A stretch of 64,000 nt of DNA, taken from the NCBI GenBank assembly GCA_963827235.1, contig CAWHAE010000018.1, forward strand, positions 96,001 to 160,000, written 5' to 3'. Source of the DNA: an uncultured bacterium. GTDB taxonomy: Bacteria > Chloroflexota > UBA5177 > JANWHV01. The notes below the pieces were generated by a model that was not told the DNA's origin, did no database searches, and saw only the letters and a list, made by a program, of their open reading frames with translations. The position numbers were made by a program, and so were the translations under genes. Positions 1-8,665 of the stretch are shown piece by piece; position 1 is the first letter of the stretch; every line of letters begins with the position of its first letter.

Positions 1-41
1 TCGTGCAGCTGGCTGTGCGCTCCCGGCGCCCTTACATGTCC

Positions 42-71
42 AGTATATTCCATACCTGGGTAGGGTATCAA
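42..71 (-). promoter_or_regulatory. sigma70-type promoter (TTGATA-18-TATACT) pointing out of the window, with a CsoR/CstR-type operator ATACC-TGGGTAG-GGTAT (52-68) in the spacer
   Basis: Minus-strand -35 at 66-71 and -10 at 42-47; inverted repeat ATACC-N7-GGTAT around a G-rich core matches the general CsoR/RcnR/CstR operator layout. Confidence 0.6.
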
Positions 72-144
72 GCCCATATGAGTGAGCCCAGTCTCGCGCG
101 GGAAAGCAGCGATGCACCTCGTCGCGGTGCGCCGGGCGAACGGC

Positions 145-621
145 TCAGATGAACAGATTGACGTTTGCCTCGTCCGCTTCGCCCAGGTAGGTCGCCACGC
201 CCGCGAACTCGAGGCCGTCGATAAGCTCCTCCTCCTTGAGGCCCATGACGTCCATGGACATGGTGCAGGCAACCAGCTTTATACCTTGCTCCTTGGCCGT
301 GGCCAGCAGCTCCTCCAGCGAGGAGACGTTCTGCCCCTTCATCACCTTCTTCATCATCATGGCGCCCATGCCGCCATAGTTCATCTTCGAGAGACCGAGA
401 CGCCTGGGGCCGCGGGGCATCATCATGCCGAACATGGCCTGCAGGAAGCTCTTCTTTGCCTTCACCTTCTGGCTCTTGCGCAGGATGTTCAGGCCCCAGA
501 ACGTGAAGAACATGGTCACTTCATCGCCCATGGCGGCGGCGCCGTTGGCGATGATGAATGCCGCCAGCGCGCGGTCCAAATCCCCGCTAAAGACAATCAG
601 CGTTTTCTTGTCGGTGCGCAC
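145..621 (-). CDS. DsrE2/DsrE3-like (DsrE/DsrF/DrsH peroxiredoxin-like family) sulfur-transfer protein, ~158 aa
   Basis: Motifs FSGDLDRALAAFIIANGAAAMG, FFTFWG and ACTMSMDVMG; GTG start at 621 preceded by AAGGAGG. Confidence 0.9.
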   Translation of the reverse strand: MRTDKKTLIVFSGDLDRALAAFIIANGAAAMGDEVTMFFTFWGLNILRKSQKVKAKKSFLQAMFGMMMPRGPRRLGLSKMNYGGMGAMMMKKVMKGQNVSSLEELLATAKEQGIKLVACTMSMDVMGLKEEELIDGLEFAGVATYLGEADEANVNLFI

Positions 622-650
622 CGTATCCTCCTTCTCCGATTTCGCGACGT

Positions 651-1610
651 CTAGGCGCTGTAAGCGCGCCGGAGATACTCCGAGATGTCCGTGATTCTCA
701 TGCTCTGGCCGGCCGCCTTCCGCAGATTGACCAGGCAGAGCGGGCACATGGTCACTGCTTCCGGAGCTGCCCGGCGAAGCTGCTCCACCCGCTTCTGCGC
801 CGTGGCCGCCGCCTTGCCCGGGTACAGTGACTCGAGCGGGCCGCCGCAGCACCAGGTGAAGCGCCGGCTGTTCTCCGGCTCCACAACCGCCGCTCCTGCC
901 TGCTCGAGCAGCCGTCGAGGCTCGTCGATGACGCCTTCATAGCGGGCGAACACGCACGAGTCGTGCAGCACCATGCTCGCGTTCAGCGGCGAGCGTACGG
1001 CCGGTGCTCGCTCGGCAAGCACCTCCAGGTAGCTGCGCACGCGCACGTCGTAGACCGGCACGAGGCGCGGATACACCGATCGCAGCATGGTGGTCGTGTG
1101 CGGATCGACGGTGATCACGTTTCTCACCCCGTACCGCTTGAACAGGCGGGCGATCCGGCGGGCCTGTACGCGCACCGCCGCGTCGACTCCGAGATCGTGG
1201 ACCAGGGCTCCCGAGTACAGCTCTTCCTCGTAGAGATAGCCGAAGGTGACGCCGGCCGCGCGGAGCAGCCGCGCCACGTTCACGAGCACGTCGTCGTGCG
1301 CTTCACGGCTGCGAGCCGGCGGGCGCCCCATGAACGCCGCGACATTCACGAACCGGTTTATCCGTCTGCCCAGTGGCGTGAGGCCCGCCAGCGGCGACCC
1401 GCCGAGCCGCTCCTGCAGAGCGACCATGTGCTCGATATAGGGGATGAGCTGGTACATCAGGCCGGTGTACAGCACTGTCTCTCCGCCGCGCGGCAGATCG
1501 AGGCCGTGGGCCCATCTTGTGGCGCTTCGCCCGGAAATAGGCATCACGGACTTGCGCAGGCGCAGGTTGTCCGCCAGGATGCCTATGACGTCGCCCTTTT
1601 CCAGTGGCAT
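651..1610 (-). CDS. CCG-domain Fe-S protein (HdrB/GlpC-like), 319 aa
   Basis: C-terminal CCG domain HDSC...CCGG...MCPLC intact; N-terminal domain degenerate (YTGL, YSGA, VDPHT). Confidence 0.85.
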   Translation of the reverse strand: MPLEKGDVIGILADNLRLRKSVMPISGRSATRWAHGLDLPRGGETVLYTGLMYQLIPYIEHMVALQERLGGSPLAGLTPLGRRINRFVNVAAFMGRPPARSREAHDDVLVNVARLLRAAGVTFGYLYEEELYSGALVHDLGVDAAVRVQARRIARLFKRYGVRNVITVDPHTTTMLRSVYPRLVPVYDVRVRSYLEVLAERAPAVRSPLNASMVLHDSCVFARYEGVIDEPRRLLEQAGAAVVEPENSRRFTWCCGGPLESLYPGKAAATAQKRVEQLRRAAPEAVTMCPLCLVNLRKAAGQSMRITDISEYLRRAYSA

Positions 1611-1619
1611 GGCGCTCTC

Positions 1620-1928
1620 CTATACCGAAAAGACCGCGCGGTTGACGAAGCGTCGCAGCACGCGCACGTTCTCCGCGATGTGCACGCCGGCCGGGCAGTT
1701 GGCCTCGCAAAGCTTGCACAGCAGGCAGGAGTACACTGCTTCGTCTTCCTGCAGCACCTTGTCCTCCATGCCGAGCAACACGTAGCGGAACAGCTTGCGC
1801 GGCAGCACCGCGATACCCATGGGGCACACGGCACTGCACACGCCGCAGTTCATGCACGCCGATGCGTTGAACTCGGCGGACCTGCTGCCGACCCTCTCCG
1901 CGAGGTCCGGACGCAGAAGCACGGTCAT
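1620..1928 (-). CDS. HdrC-like 2x[4Fe-4S] protein, 102 aa
   Basis: CMNCGVCSAVCP and CLLCKLCEANCP; LPRKLFR segment as in HdrC. Confidence 0.88.
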   Translation of the reverse strand: MTVLLRPDLAERVGSRSAEFNASACMNCGVCSAVCPMGIAVLPRKLFRYVLLGMEDKVLQEDEAVYSCLLCKLCEANCPAGVHIAENVRVLRRFVNRAVFSV

Positions 1929-2173
1929 GTCTCCTCCCTGTTCAGAGCGCGGTACTGGTAGTAGCCCTCGTCGGTGGGCTCCGCGAGCGGCACGACGTAG
2001 CCGTACTTGCGCATGCCCATCATCCAGAACATCACCTCGCCTGCCGGCCGTCCCACGACCGCCGCGACCTCGGGCACGGTAAGTGGCCCATCCTGTAGAG
2101 CCTGCAGTATGGGACGGCGCATCAGGTGCTCGTCCCGGATGACCTCGCGCATGTCCCGGATTTCGGCGCTCAT
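1925..2173 (-). CDS. small winged-helix-like protein, ~82 aa
   Basis: MSAEIRD...ILQALQDGPLTVPEVAAVVG...WMMGMRKYGYV; ATGA overlaps with both neighbours. Confidence 0.75.
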   Translation of the reverse strand: MSAEIRDMREVIRDEHLMRRPILQALQDGPLTVPEVAAVVGRPAGEVMFWMMGMRKYGYVVPLAEPTDEGYYQYRALNREET

Positions 2174-3906
2174 GACGCCACCCCTGCCAGCAAGCCGTCT
2201 ATCATCCCTTTGACCTGTCCGTCCGTGTATCCCTGAAGGTCGATGGCGTCCAGCGGGCACATGGGGACGCAGCCGCCGCAGCCCTTGCAGCCGGCCTGAT
2301 CGATGACGGCGGTTTCCTTGCCGTCCACGACCGCCATGCTGATCGCCGCGTACGGGCAGCCATCGCGGCACTTTCCGCACCAGGCGCAGGCGTCGGCATT
2401 GACCCTGGCCACCTGCGGATCGAGCTGGGCCACGCGCTTCATGAGCACGGCGGCGCTCTGACTCACCGCGGCAAGGCCCGACGCCACGCTTTCCGCCGAG
2501 TTCTTCGGTCCCTGGCAGGCGCCGCACACGTAGACGCCGTCGACCACCGTCTCCACCGGCCGCAGCTTGGGGTGGATTTCGTTGAAGAATCCGTCCGTGC
2601 CCACCGGCAGCTTGAGCACCTTGACCAGATCCTCGACCGGCCGGGGCACCATGCCGGTGACCAACACCGCCAGATCGGCGCCGATCGCGACCTCCTCGCC
2701 GTCGCTGAGCAGATCGCGCACGGTCACGACCAAGCCGCCGGAGCCGTCGCGCTCCACAGTTGGCGGCGCCTGGTCAGCGAACTTGAGGTACAGCGACCCC
2801 TTCTCGCGCGACTCGGCGAACATCGTCTCGTACCGCCCGTACGTACGCATGTCGCGGTACAGATGATACTGGTGCGCTCCGGCGTCCCTGGACGCCACCT
2901 CGAGCGACGCGTGTACGGCGGCGGCGCAGCAATATCGGGAGCAGTAGGAATGCCCGTGATTCGTTCCGGCTTCCTGCCTGCTGCCCACGCAGTAGATATA
3001 GGCGACGCTTCGCACCGGCCTGCCGCGATAGATCGGCGGGCCGGATGATGCGTCGAGCATTCTCTTGAATTCGGGCAGAGTGAGCACGCCGTCGACGCCG
3101 TAGCCGAGCTCGCCGATCTCCGGCTGGTAAGTATCGAATCCGGTTGCCACGATGATGGCACCCACCTGCACGTGAATCGTGTCCGGCCTTTCGCCGTTCA
3201 GGCGAATGCCGGCCTGGTAGTTGCCGAAGCTGCCCGACTTGCTCACCAGCTCGGCGGCGGTGAATATCGTGACCTCCGGCCGCCGGCGCACGGCGTCCAT
3301 CAGCCTTTCGACCAGCTCACGGCCGTTCTTGCCGTGCGGATACATGCCGGCGAAGCCGCCGACCCAACCACCCAGCCGCTCTGCCTTTTCCACCAGGTAG
3401 ACCGCCAGGCCGAGTTCGGCCAGGGCCAAGGCCGCACGCAGTCCGGCAATGCCGCCGCCGATCACCACCGCGCCAGGCACCGTCTCCACGGAAAGCGGCT
3501 CCAGCGGCGTGCTGAGACGCGTGCGGCCGACCCCGCCGCGCACCAGCCTCGCCGCCTTGATCGTGGCCCCGGCCTTGTCGTCGGTGTGAGCCCACGAGCA
3601 CTGCTCGCGAATGTTCACCTGCGTGTACTGGTACGGATTCAGTCCGGCCCGCCGCGCTACCTCCCGGAAGGTCGTGGTGTGCAGCTTGGGCGAGCACGAG
3701 GCAACCACGATGCCGTCGAGATGCTGCTCCTGAATGTCGCGCACGATGTCCTGTTGCGTGGCATCGGAGCAGGTGAACATCGCCGTGCGGGCCACCGTCA
3801 CCCCCGGCTCACCCTGCACCTCTGCCACCACGCGCTCCACGTCGACGTAGTCCGAGATGTTCCCGCCGCAGTGGCAAATATAGACGCCGATTCTCCGCTC
3901 GCTCAT
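2170..3906 (-). CDS. hdrA: HdrA-family FAD/Fe-S protein, ~578 aa
   Basis: N-terminal YICHCGGNI...SCSP...REQC, FAD motif GGGIAG, CVGSR...CSRYCC, C-terminal 2x CxxCxxCxxxCP; start at 3906 overlaps the upstream stop. Confidence 0.9.
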   Translation of the reverse strand: MSERRIGVYICHCGGNISDYVDVERVVAEVQGEPGVTVARTAMFTCSDATQQDIVRDIQEQHLDGIVVASCSPKLHTTTFREVARRAGLNPYQYTQVNIREQCSWAHTDDKAGATIKAARLVRGGVGRTRLSTPLEPLSVETVPGAVVIGGGIAGLRAALALAELGLAVYLVEKAERLGGWVGGFAGMYPHGKNGRELVERLMDAVRRRPEVTIFTAAELVSKSGSFGNYQAGIRLNGERPDTIHVQVGAIIVATGFDTYQPEIGELGYGVDGVLTLPEFKRMLDASSGPPIYRGRPVRSVAYIYCVGSRQEAGTNHGHSYCSRYCCAAAVHASLEVASRDAGAHQYHLYRDMRTYGRYETMFAESREKGSLYLKFADQAPPTVERDGSGGLVVTVRDLLSDGEEVAIGADLAVLVTGMVPRPVEDLVKVLKLPVGTDGFFNEIHPKLRPVETVVDGVYVCGACQGPKNSAESVASGLAAVSQSAAVLMKRVAQLDPQVARVNADACAWCGKCRDGCPYAAISMAVVDGKETAVIDQAGCKGCGGCVPMCPLDAIDLQGYTDGQVKGMIDGLLAGVAS

Positions 3907-6602
3907 ACAGGTATCCTGGCTTTTTCTAGGTGCGCCGCGGCCTGTGCTACCGCGGCTCCCGCGTGCAGAATGGAGTCGGGGATGTCCTTTGCCCCGGAGG
4001 CCGCGCCGGCCACGAACACGCCGGGCATGCCCGTCCAGCCGGGGTTCATGTCCTCGTCGGGCTCGTCTATGTACCCGTAACGATCGGGCTTCAGCTCGCC
4101 GTCCGGGAAGATCTGCCGTGGGTCCAGGTTGGGCTGAACGCCCACAGCCAGCACCACGAGGTCGTACTCGGCCTCGGTGACGACGCCCCCGTGGTCGACG
4201 TCCTCGTAATGGAGAATCAGGTTGCCGTCGTCCTTCTCCGTAATCCCGGAGACGCGGCCCTTGACGAACGCGGCGCCCATCGCACTGGCCTGCTGGTAAA
4301 ACTCGTCGTAGCCTTTGCCCACGGCGCGCATGTCGACGTAGTGCACGGTGACGTCGGCAAGCGGCAGCGCACCCATGATCAGTTGGTTCTGCTTGATCGA
4401 GTACATGCAGCAGATCTTGGAGCAAAGGGGGTTCTCGACCGTCAAGTCGCGAGAGCCGGTGCACATGACGAAGGCGATGCGGTCCGGGACCTTGCCGTCG
4501 CCCGGGCGTAGCACCGTGTTGTACGGGCGGGTAGGCGCCAGCAGGCGGTCCATCTGCATGCCCGTGATCACGTTCTTGTACTTGCCGTAGCCGTATTGGG
4601 GCTTGAGGTCGGCAGGAAACAGCTTGAACCCGGTGGAGATAATCACCGCGCCTACCTCGGCCTCGATGTGCCTATCACCCATGCCCAGGTCGATGGCTCC
4701 GGCCGGGCAGGCGTGCACGCACTCGTGGCACTCCGAGCAGACGCCGCAGTCCAGGCATCGCCCGGCGCCGTAGCGCGCCTCGTCTTCGGAGAGCGGCGGC
4801 TCGATCTCCGCGAAATCCGCCGGGCCGGCACTGAGAGCCTTGGGCGCCGGCAGAGGATCGCGGCGCTCGTAGTGCTGCTGGCGGCCGATCACCTCGCCCT
4901 TCTCGATCGGGGGCAGCGAAGGCTCGCGACCGGCCGCTTTGAGATCCTCGCCGCGCAGCCAGCAGTCAATCATGGTAGCAGCGCGCCGGCCTTCGCCGGC
5001 GGCCTGCGTGATCATGGACGGCCCCGACACCACGTCGCCGGCCGCGAAGATGTAGGGCACTTCCGTCTGCAGCGTACGCGGGTTCGCCTGCACGGTGCCG
5101 TTGCGATTGACCGGCAGCGCGGGAGTGAAGGCGCCGCCCTCCGCCAGCATGCCGATCGCCAGGATAACGGCGTCACACGCAAGGTCCTCGCGGGCCGTCT
5201 CGTCGTACTGGGGACTGAATCTGCCCGAGGCATCGAAGACGGCTGTGCAGCGCTGCAGCTCCAGTCCCCGCACGGTTCCGTGTCCGTGGAACCGCCTGAC
5301 GCCCCACGAATGGTGGGGCACGATGCCCTCGGCAAGGGCTTCCTCGACCTCGAACGCGTGCGCGGGCATCTCAGGGCGCGTTTCCAGGCTGACCAGGTGC
5401 ACCGCGCTCGCCCCCAGGCGCCGGGCCGAGCGTGCGGCGTCGATGGCGACGTTGCCGCCGCCAATCACGGCCACGGTCTTGCCCGTCAGGTCGTCCGGCT
5501 GGCCCAGCTTGAGCGCCCGCAAGAAGGCCAGCGCACTGCCGATTCCGGCTTGATCGGCGCCCGGCACCTTGAGGTCGACGGCCTTGTGCGTGCCCGTTGC
5601 CAAAAGGATCGCGTCGTACCCGTCTTGCCTGAGCTCCTCGAGGTTCTCGACCCGCGTGCCCGTCGCCACCTCGATTCCCAATGCCGTCACATTGTCCACG
5701 TCCTGATCGACGACGGCGTTCGGCAGCCGATACTCGGGGATGGCCAGGCGCAGCATGCCGCCCGGACGGGGCGCCGCCTCGAACAGCTTCACACGGTAGC
5801 CCAGTCGCGCTAGTTGCCACGCCGCCGTCAGCCCGGCCGGTCCCGAGCCCACCACGGCCACCGACTTGCCGTTCGGAGCCTGAACAGGTATCCTCTTGCC
5901 GCTGTCGGAGGCGTAATGCGTGTCGGCGACGAACCGCTTGAGCCTGCGAATCGGCACCGGCCCCTCCAGGCTGCCCCGGCTGCAGGCCCCTTCGCAGGGA
6001 GCGTAGCATGCTCGACCGAGACTCCCGACCAGAGGGGTGGCCTCCGCCACGAGAGCGAACGCTTCCTCGTACTTGCCGCTGCGTACCAGCGCCACGTAGC
6101 CGTGGGCCTTGATGCCGGCAGGGCAGTCGAACGTGCAGGGCGACGTGCCTGCTCTCTCGATCACCGCTTTCTTTGGCACGGCCTGCGGGAAGGCAATGTA
6201 GGCCGCCCGGCGAGAGACCATATCGGCATTGAACTGGTCCGGCACGGCAACGCTGCAGACCATCTCACAGTCCCGGCAGCCCGTGCATAGGGCGTCGTCG
6301 ACATAGCGCGCCTTCTGCCGTACGCTTGCCATGAAGCGGCCGCTGCCGTCCCGGCGAATGTGCTCGACCTCGGTGTAGGTCAGCACCGTCACGTTCGGAT
6401 GATGAATGGTGGCACCCATCTTGGGTGTGGAGATGCAGCTCGCGCAGTCCAGCGTGGGGAACACTTTGCTGAGCAGAATCATCCTGCCGCCCACGCTGGC
6501 TTCCCTCTCCACGAGCAGCACCTTGTAGCCCATGTCGCCGAGCTTCAGCGCGGACTCCATACCGCCTATGCCGGCACCGACCACCAGCGCGTCGTAGTCC
6601 AT
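3903..6602 (-). CDS. HdrA-like protein with inserted GltD/NfnB-like NAD(P)H-binding module (HdrL-like), 899 aa
   Basis: GAGIGG, KVFPTLDCASC, CTGCRDCEMVC, then CTFDCPAG/GRACYAPCEGAC/GSGPAG/GGGNVAID, then CLDCGVCSECHEC and CTGSRD...CSKICC. Confidence 0.9.
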   Translation of the reverse strand: MDYDALVVGAGIGGMESALKLGDMGYKVLLVEREASVGGRMILLSKVFPTLDCASCISTPKMGATIHHPNVTVLTYTEVEHIRRDGSGRFMASVRQKARYVDDALCTGCRDCEMVCSVAVPDQFNADMVSRRAAYIAFPQAVPKKAVIERAGTSPCTFDCPAGIKAHGYVALVRSGKYEEAFALVAEATPLVGSLGRACYAPCEGACSRGSLEGPVPIRRLKRFVADTHYASDSGKRIPVQAPNGKSVAVVGSGPAGLTAAWQLARLGYRVKLFEAAPRPGGMLRLAIPEYRLPNAVVDQDVDNVTALGIEVATGTRVENLEELRQDGYDAILLATGTHKAVDLKVPGADQAGIGSALAFLRALKLGQPDDLTGKTVAVIGGGNVAIDAARSARRLGASAVHLVSLETRPEMPAHAFEVEEALAEGIVPHHSWGVRRFHGHGTVRGLELQRCTAVFDASGRFSPQYDETAREDLACDAVILAIGMLAEGGAFTPALPVNRNGTVQANPRTLQTEVPYIFAAGDVVSGPSMITQAAGEGRRAATMIDCWLRGEDLKAAGREPSLPPIEKGEVIGRQQHYERRDPLPAPKALSAGPADFAEIEPPLSEDEARYGAGRCLDCGVCSECHECVHACPAGAIDLGMGDRHIEAEVGAVIISTGFKLFPADLKPQYGYGKYKNVITGMQMDRLLAPTRPYNTVLRPGDGKVPDRIAFVMCTGSRDLTVENPLCSKICCMYSIKQNQLIMGALPLADVTVHYVDMRAVGKGYDEFYQQASAMGAAFVKGRVSGITEKDDGNLILHYEDVDHGGVVTEAEYDLVVLAVGVQPNLDPRQIFPDGELKPDRYGYIDEPDEDMNPGWTGMPGVFVAGAASGAKDIPDSILHAGAAVAQAAAHLEKARIPV

Positions 6603-6605
6603 CGC

Positions 6606-7034
6606 CTATTCCTCCTTGGACGGCGCCAGCACGGCGAGCGAATCAGAGAAGTCGCGCATGTAGCTGGTGAACGGCTCCGCGCAGACCGAGCAGATGGCAC
6701 CCATGCGCACGCGCCCAGGATCCAGCCCGTGGTCCCGCAGCAGCGTCTGCGCCTCGGCAATGATACGCGCTGCGCGCTCCGAGCAATCCGGCAGGTACGC
6801 GCACTCGTCGCCGTCGGCGGCAATGAACACTCCATCGCAGCCGTGTTGCAGCGCATACAGCACCCAGGCCGGCTTGATGCCGCTCGTGCATGGCAGGCTA
6901 AGCACCATTACGTTCGGCGAATAGTGCAGATGGGAGCTGCCCGCAAGGTCGATGCCGGGGTCCGAAATGTTGTTGGTCGAGAAGACGAGGATCTTGGGAT
7001 CCGGGGCGGCAGTGGCGTGGAATGGGACGGCCAC
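6606..7034 (-). CDS. MvhD/FlpD-like iron-sulfur subunit (divergent), 142 aa
   Basis: IDLAG, LPCTSGI, GCDGVFIA, ECAY, GLDPGRV pattern; position next to hdrA. Confidence 0.8.
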   Translation of the reverse strand: MAVPFHATAAPDPKILVFSTNNISDPGIDLAGSSHLHYSPNVMVLSLPCTSGIKPAWVLYALQHGCDGVFIAADGDECAYLPDCSERAARIIAEAQTLLRDHGLDPGRVRMGAICSVCAEPFTSYMRDFSDSLAVLAPSKEE

Positions 7035-7289
7035 TTACTTCAGCTTCTTGACATAGAGCTTCCAGCTGCCGGCGTCTTCGACTACGCCCAGGAACTCGTG
7101 GCCCATCTTCTTGGCCCAGGCGGGGAGATCCTTCTGCGTGCCCCGGTCGGTCGCCAGAACCTCCATGATCTGCCCGACCTTGACCTCGGCAATGCCCTTC
7201 TTGGCTGCCAGGATCGGCCCCGGGCACGAGGTCCCGCGCGCGTCCACTACCTTGTCGACGTGAATGTTCTGCAGCATGTCCGTGGCCAT
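7035..7289 (-). CDS. tusA: TusA-family sulfur carrier, 84 aa
   Basis: DARGTSCPGP motif; GGGAG RBS upstream. Confidence 0.92.
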   Translation of the reverse strand: MATDMLQNIHVDKVVDARGTSCPGPILAAKKGIAEVKVGQIMEVLATDRGTQKDLPAWAKKMGHEFLGVVEDAGSWKLYVKKLK

Positions 7290-7373
7290 CTCGTCTCACT
7301 CCCTATCGTCGGCTGCCCGAGCGGGCATTTCGCATTGGTACTGAGGATCGACGGTCACATGATGCGCCCAGGG

Positions 7374-7388
7374 TACCGTACCCGGGTA
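7374..7388. promoter_or_regulatory. putative CsoR/CstR-type operator TACC-GTACCCG-GGTA upstream of tusA
   Basis: Same TACC-N7-GGTA layout as the site at 53-67; about 85 bp upstream of the operon start. Confidence 0.5.
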
Positions 7389-7563
7389 GGGCCAAAGGCA
7401 ACGAGTCGGCGGGCCGTTGGTCCCGACTGCGACGCGGCTCCGAGCAATCGGCGAAGCAGGCTGGACAGGGCCGTCCCCGCCTCGCGGGCAGCGAGCCTGG
7501 GACCGTTAGGCGCGCAGACGGCGGCGGAGCCTCGGGCAGGGCGAAGACGCGGACATTCGGCGC

Positions 7564-8598
7564 TTACGGGTTGATGATCACCTTGTTCCGGTCCGGGCTG
7601 GCCATCACCTCCATGGCCTTGTGAATGTCCTGCAGCGGGAAGCGGTGGGAGACGATCTTCTCGATATCCACCAGCCCGGTTTCCATCAGGCGAATAGCGC
7701 TTTGCATGGCGAGTGGCGTGGTGCTGAAGCTGGCGTCCATGCGAGCCTCGAGGAAGTGAGCCAGCCCGCCGTCAAGCTCAAACTTCTCATGTGTGGTGAT
7801 GCCGAACACGTTCCAGTGCGTGCCGCGCCGTAACAGATCGACCATCAGCCTGACCGCTTCTATGGGCCCGGCGGCCTCGACCACCAGATCCGGACCGTTG
7901 GGAATGATGCCGTACACGAGCTTCTTGACCTCCGGGTCGCTCGCGTTGACGGCGTGTGTGGCACCGAGCGTCAGGGCATGCGCGAGGGCGTGGGGACTGG
8001 TGTCCACGGCGATCAGCCTGCCGGCGCCCGCGGCGCGGGCTACCATCAGGCAAAGCAGCCCGATTCCTCCCACGCCGATCACCACGACGTCGTCGCCAAC
8101 TGTCATCTCGCTGTGCTGGATCACGCCCTTCCAGGCACCTGAGAGGGGCTCGGTCTCCGCGGCGGCGTCAAATGAGATGCTGGCCGGCTTGTGGTACAGG
8201 CAGTTCTCCTTGGTCAGCATGTACTCCGCGAAGGCGCCGGGCCAGATGTCCACGGGACCGTCACCGCCCGTGGTGAAGGCGCGCTCGCAGTAGTGGGACT
8301 TGCCCATGCGGCAGTCGCGGCAGAAGCCGCAGTACCCCGAGGGCGAGCAGATCACTTCGTCCCCGACCTTGAAGTGATCGACGCCGGGACCGATTTCGGC
8401 CACCACGCCGGAGGGCTCGTGCCCGGCGATGAACGGGAAGCTCACGTTGCGCCGGATGCCCTTGACGGCCTTGTAGTCGGTAGCACAGATGCCGCACGAC
8501 CTGACTTTCACCAGCACGGTCCCCGGCACGGTGGGCTCGGGAATGGGAACATCTTCCAGTCGCAGGTCGTTGAAATCGTGGAGGACGGCGGCAAGCAT
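7564..8598 (-). CDS. Zn-dependent (MDR) sugar/polyol dehydrogenase, ~344 aa
   Basis: GICATD, GHE, CGFCRDC...C, GVGGIG; ATG at 8598 after CAGGAGA RBS. Confidence 0.9.
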   Translation of the reverse strand: MLAAVLHDFNDLRLEDVPIPEPTVPGTVLVKVRSCGICATDYKAVKGIRRNVSFPFIAGHEPSGVVAEIGPGVDHFKVGDEVICSPSGYCGFCRDCRMGKSHYCERAFTTGGDGPVDIWPGAFAEYMLTKENCLYHKPASISFDAAAETEPLSGAWKGVIQHSEMTVGDDVVVIGVGGIGLLCLMVARAAGAGRLIAVDTSPHALAHALTLGATHAVNASDPEVKKLVYGIIPNGPDLVVEAAGPIEAVRLMVDLLRRGTHWNVFGITTHEKFELDGGLAHFLEARMDASFSTTPLAMQSAIRLMETGLVDIEKIVSHRFPLQDIHKAMEVMASPDRNKVIINP

Positions 8599-8665
8599 CG
8601 GTCTCTCCTGTCCTGTCTCGGGGACTTCACCGGAAAGCCGGCCGGACCACCCGGTCGCGTCCATC

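Noticed and set aside
3907-4464. N-terminal extension of the 764-aa ORF (2170..4464)
   Set aside because: It overlaps the 899-aa gene in another frame and is Arg-rich noise; HdrA homology begins at MSERRIGV (3906).
145-7289. Selenocysteine or recoding in the Hdr/MvhD genes
   Set aside because: All frames are open, with no in-frame TGA at Cys positions.
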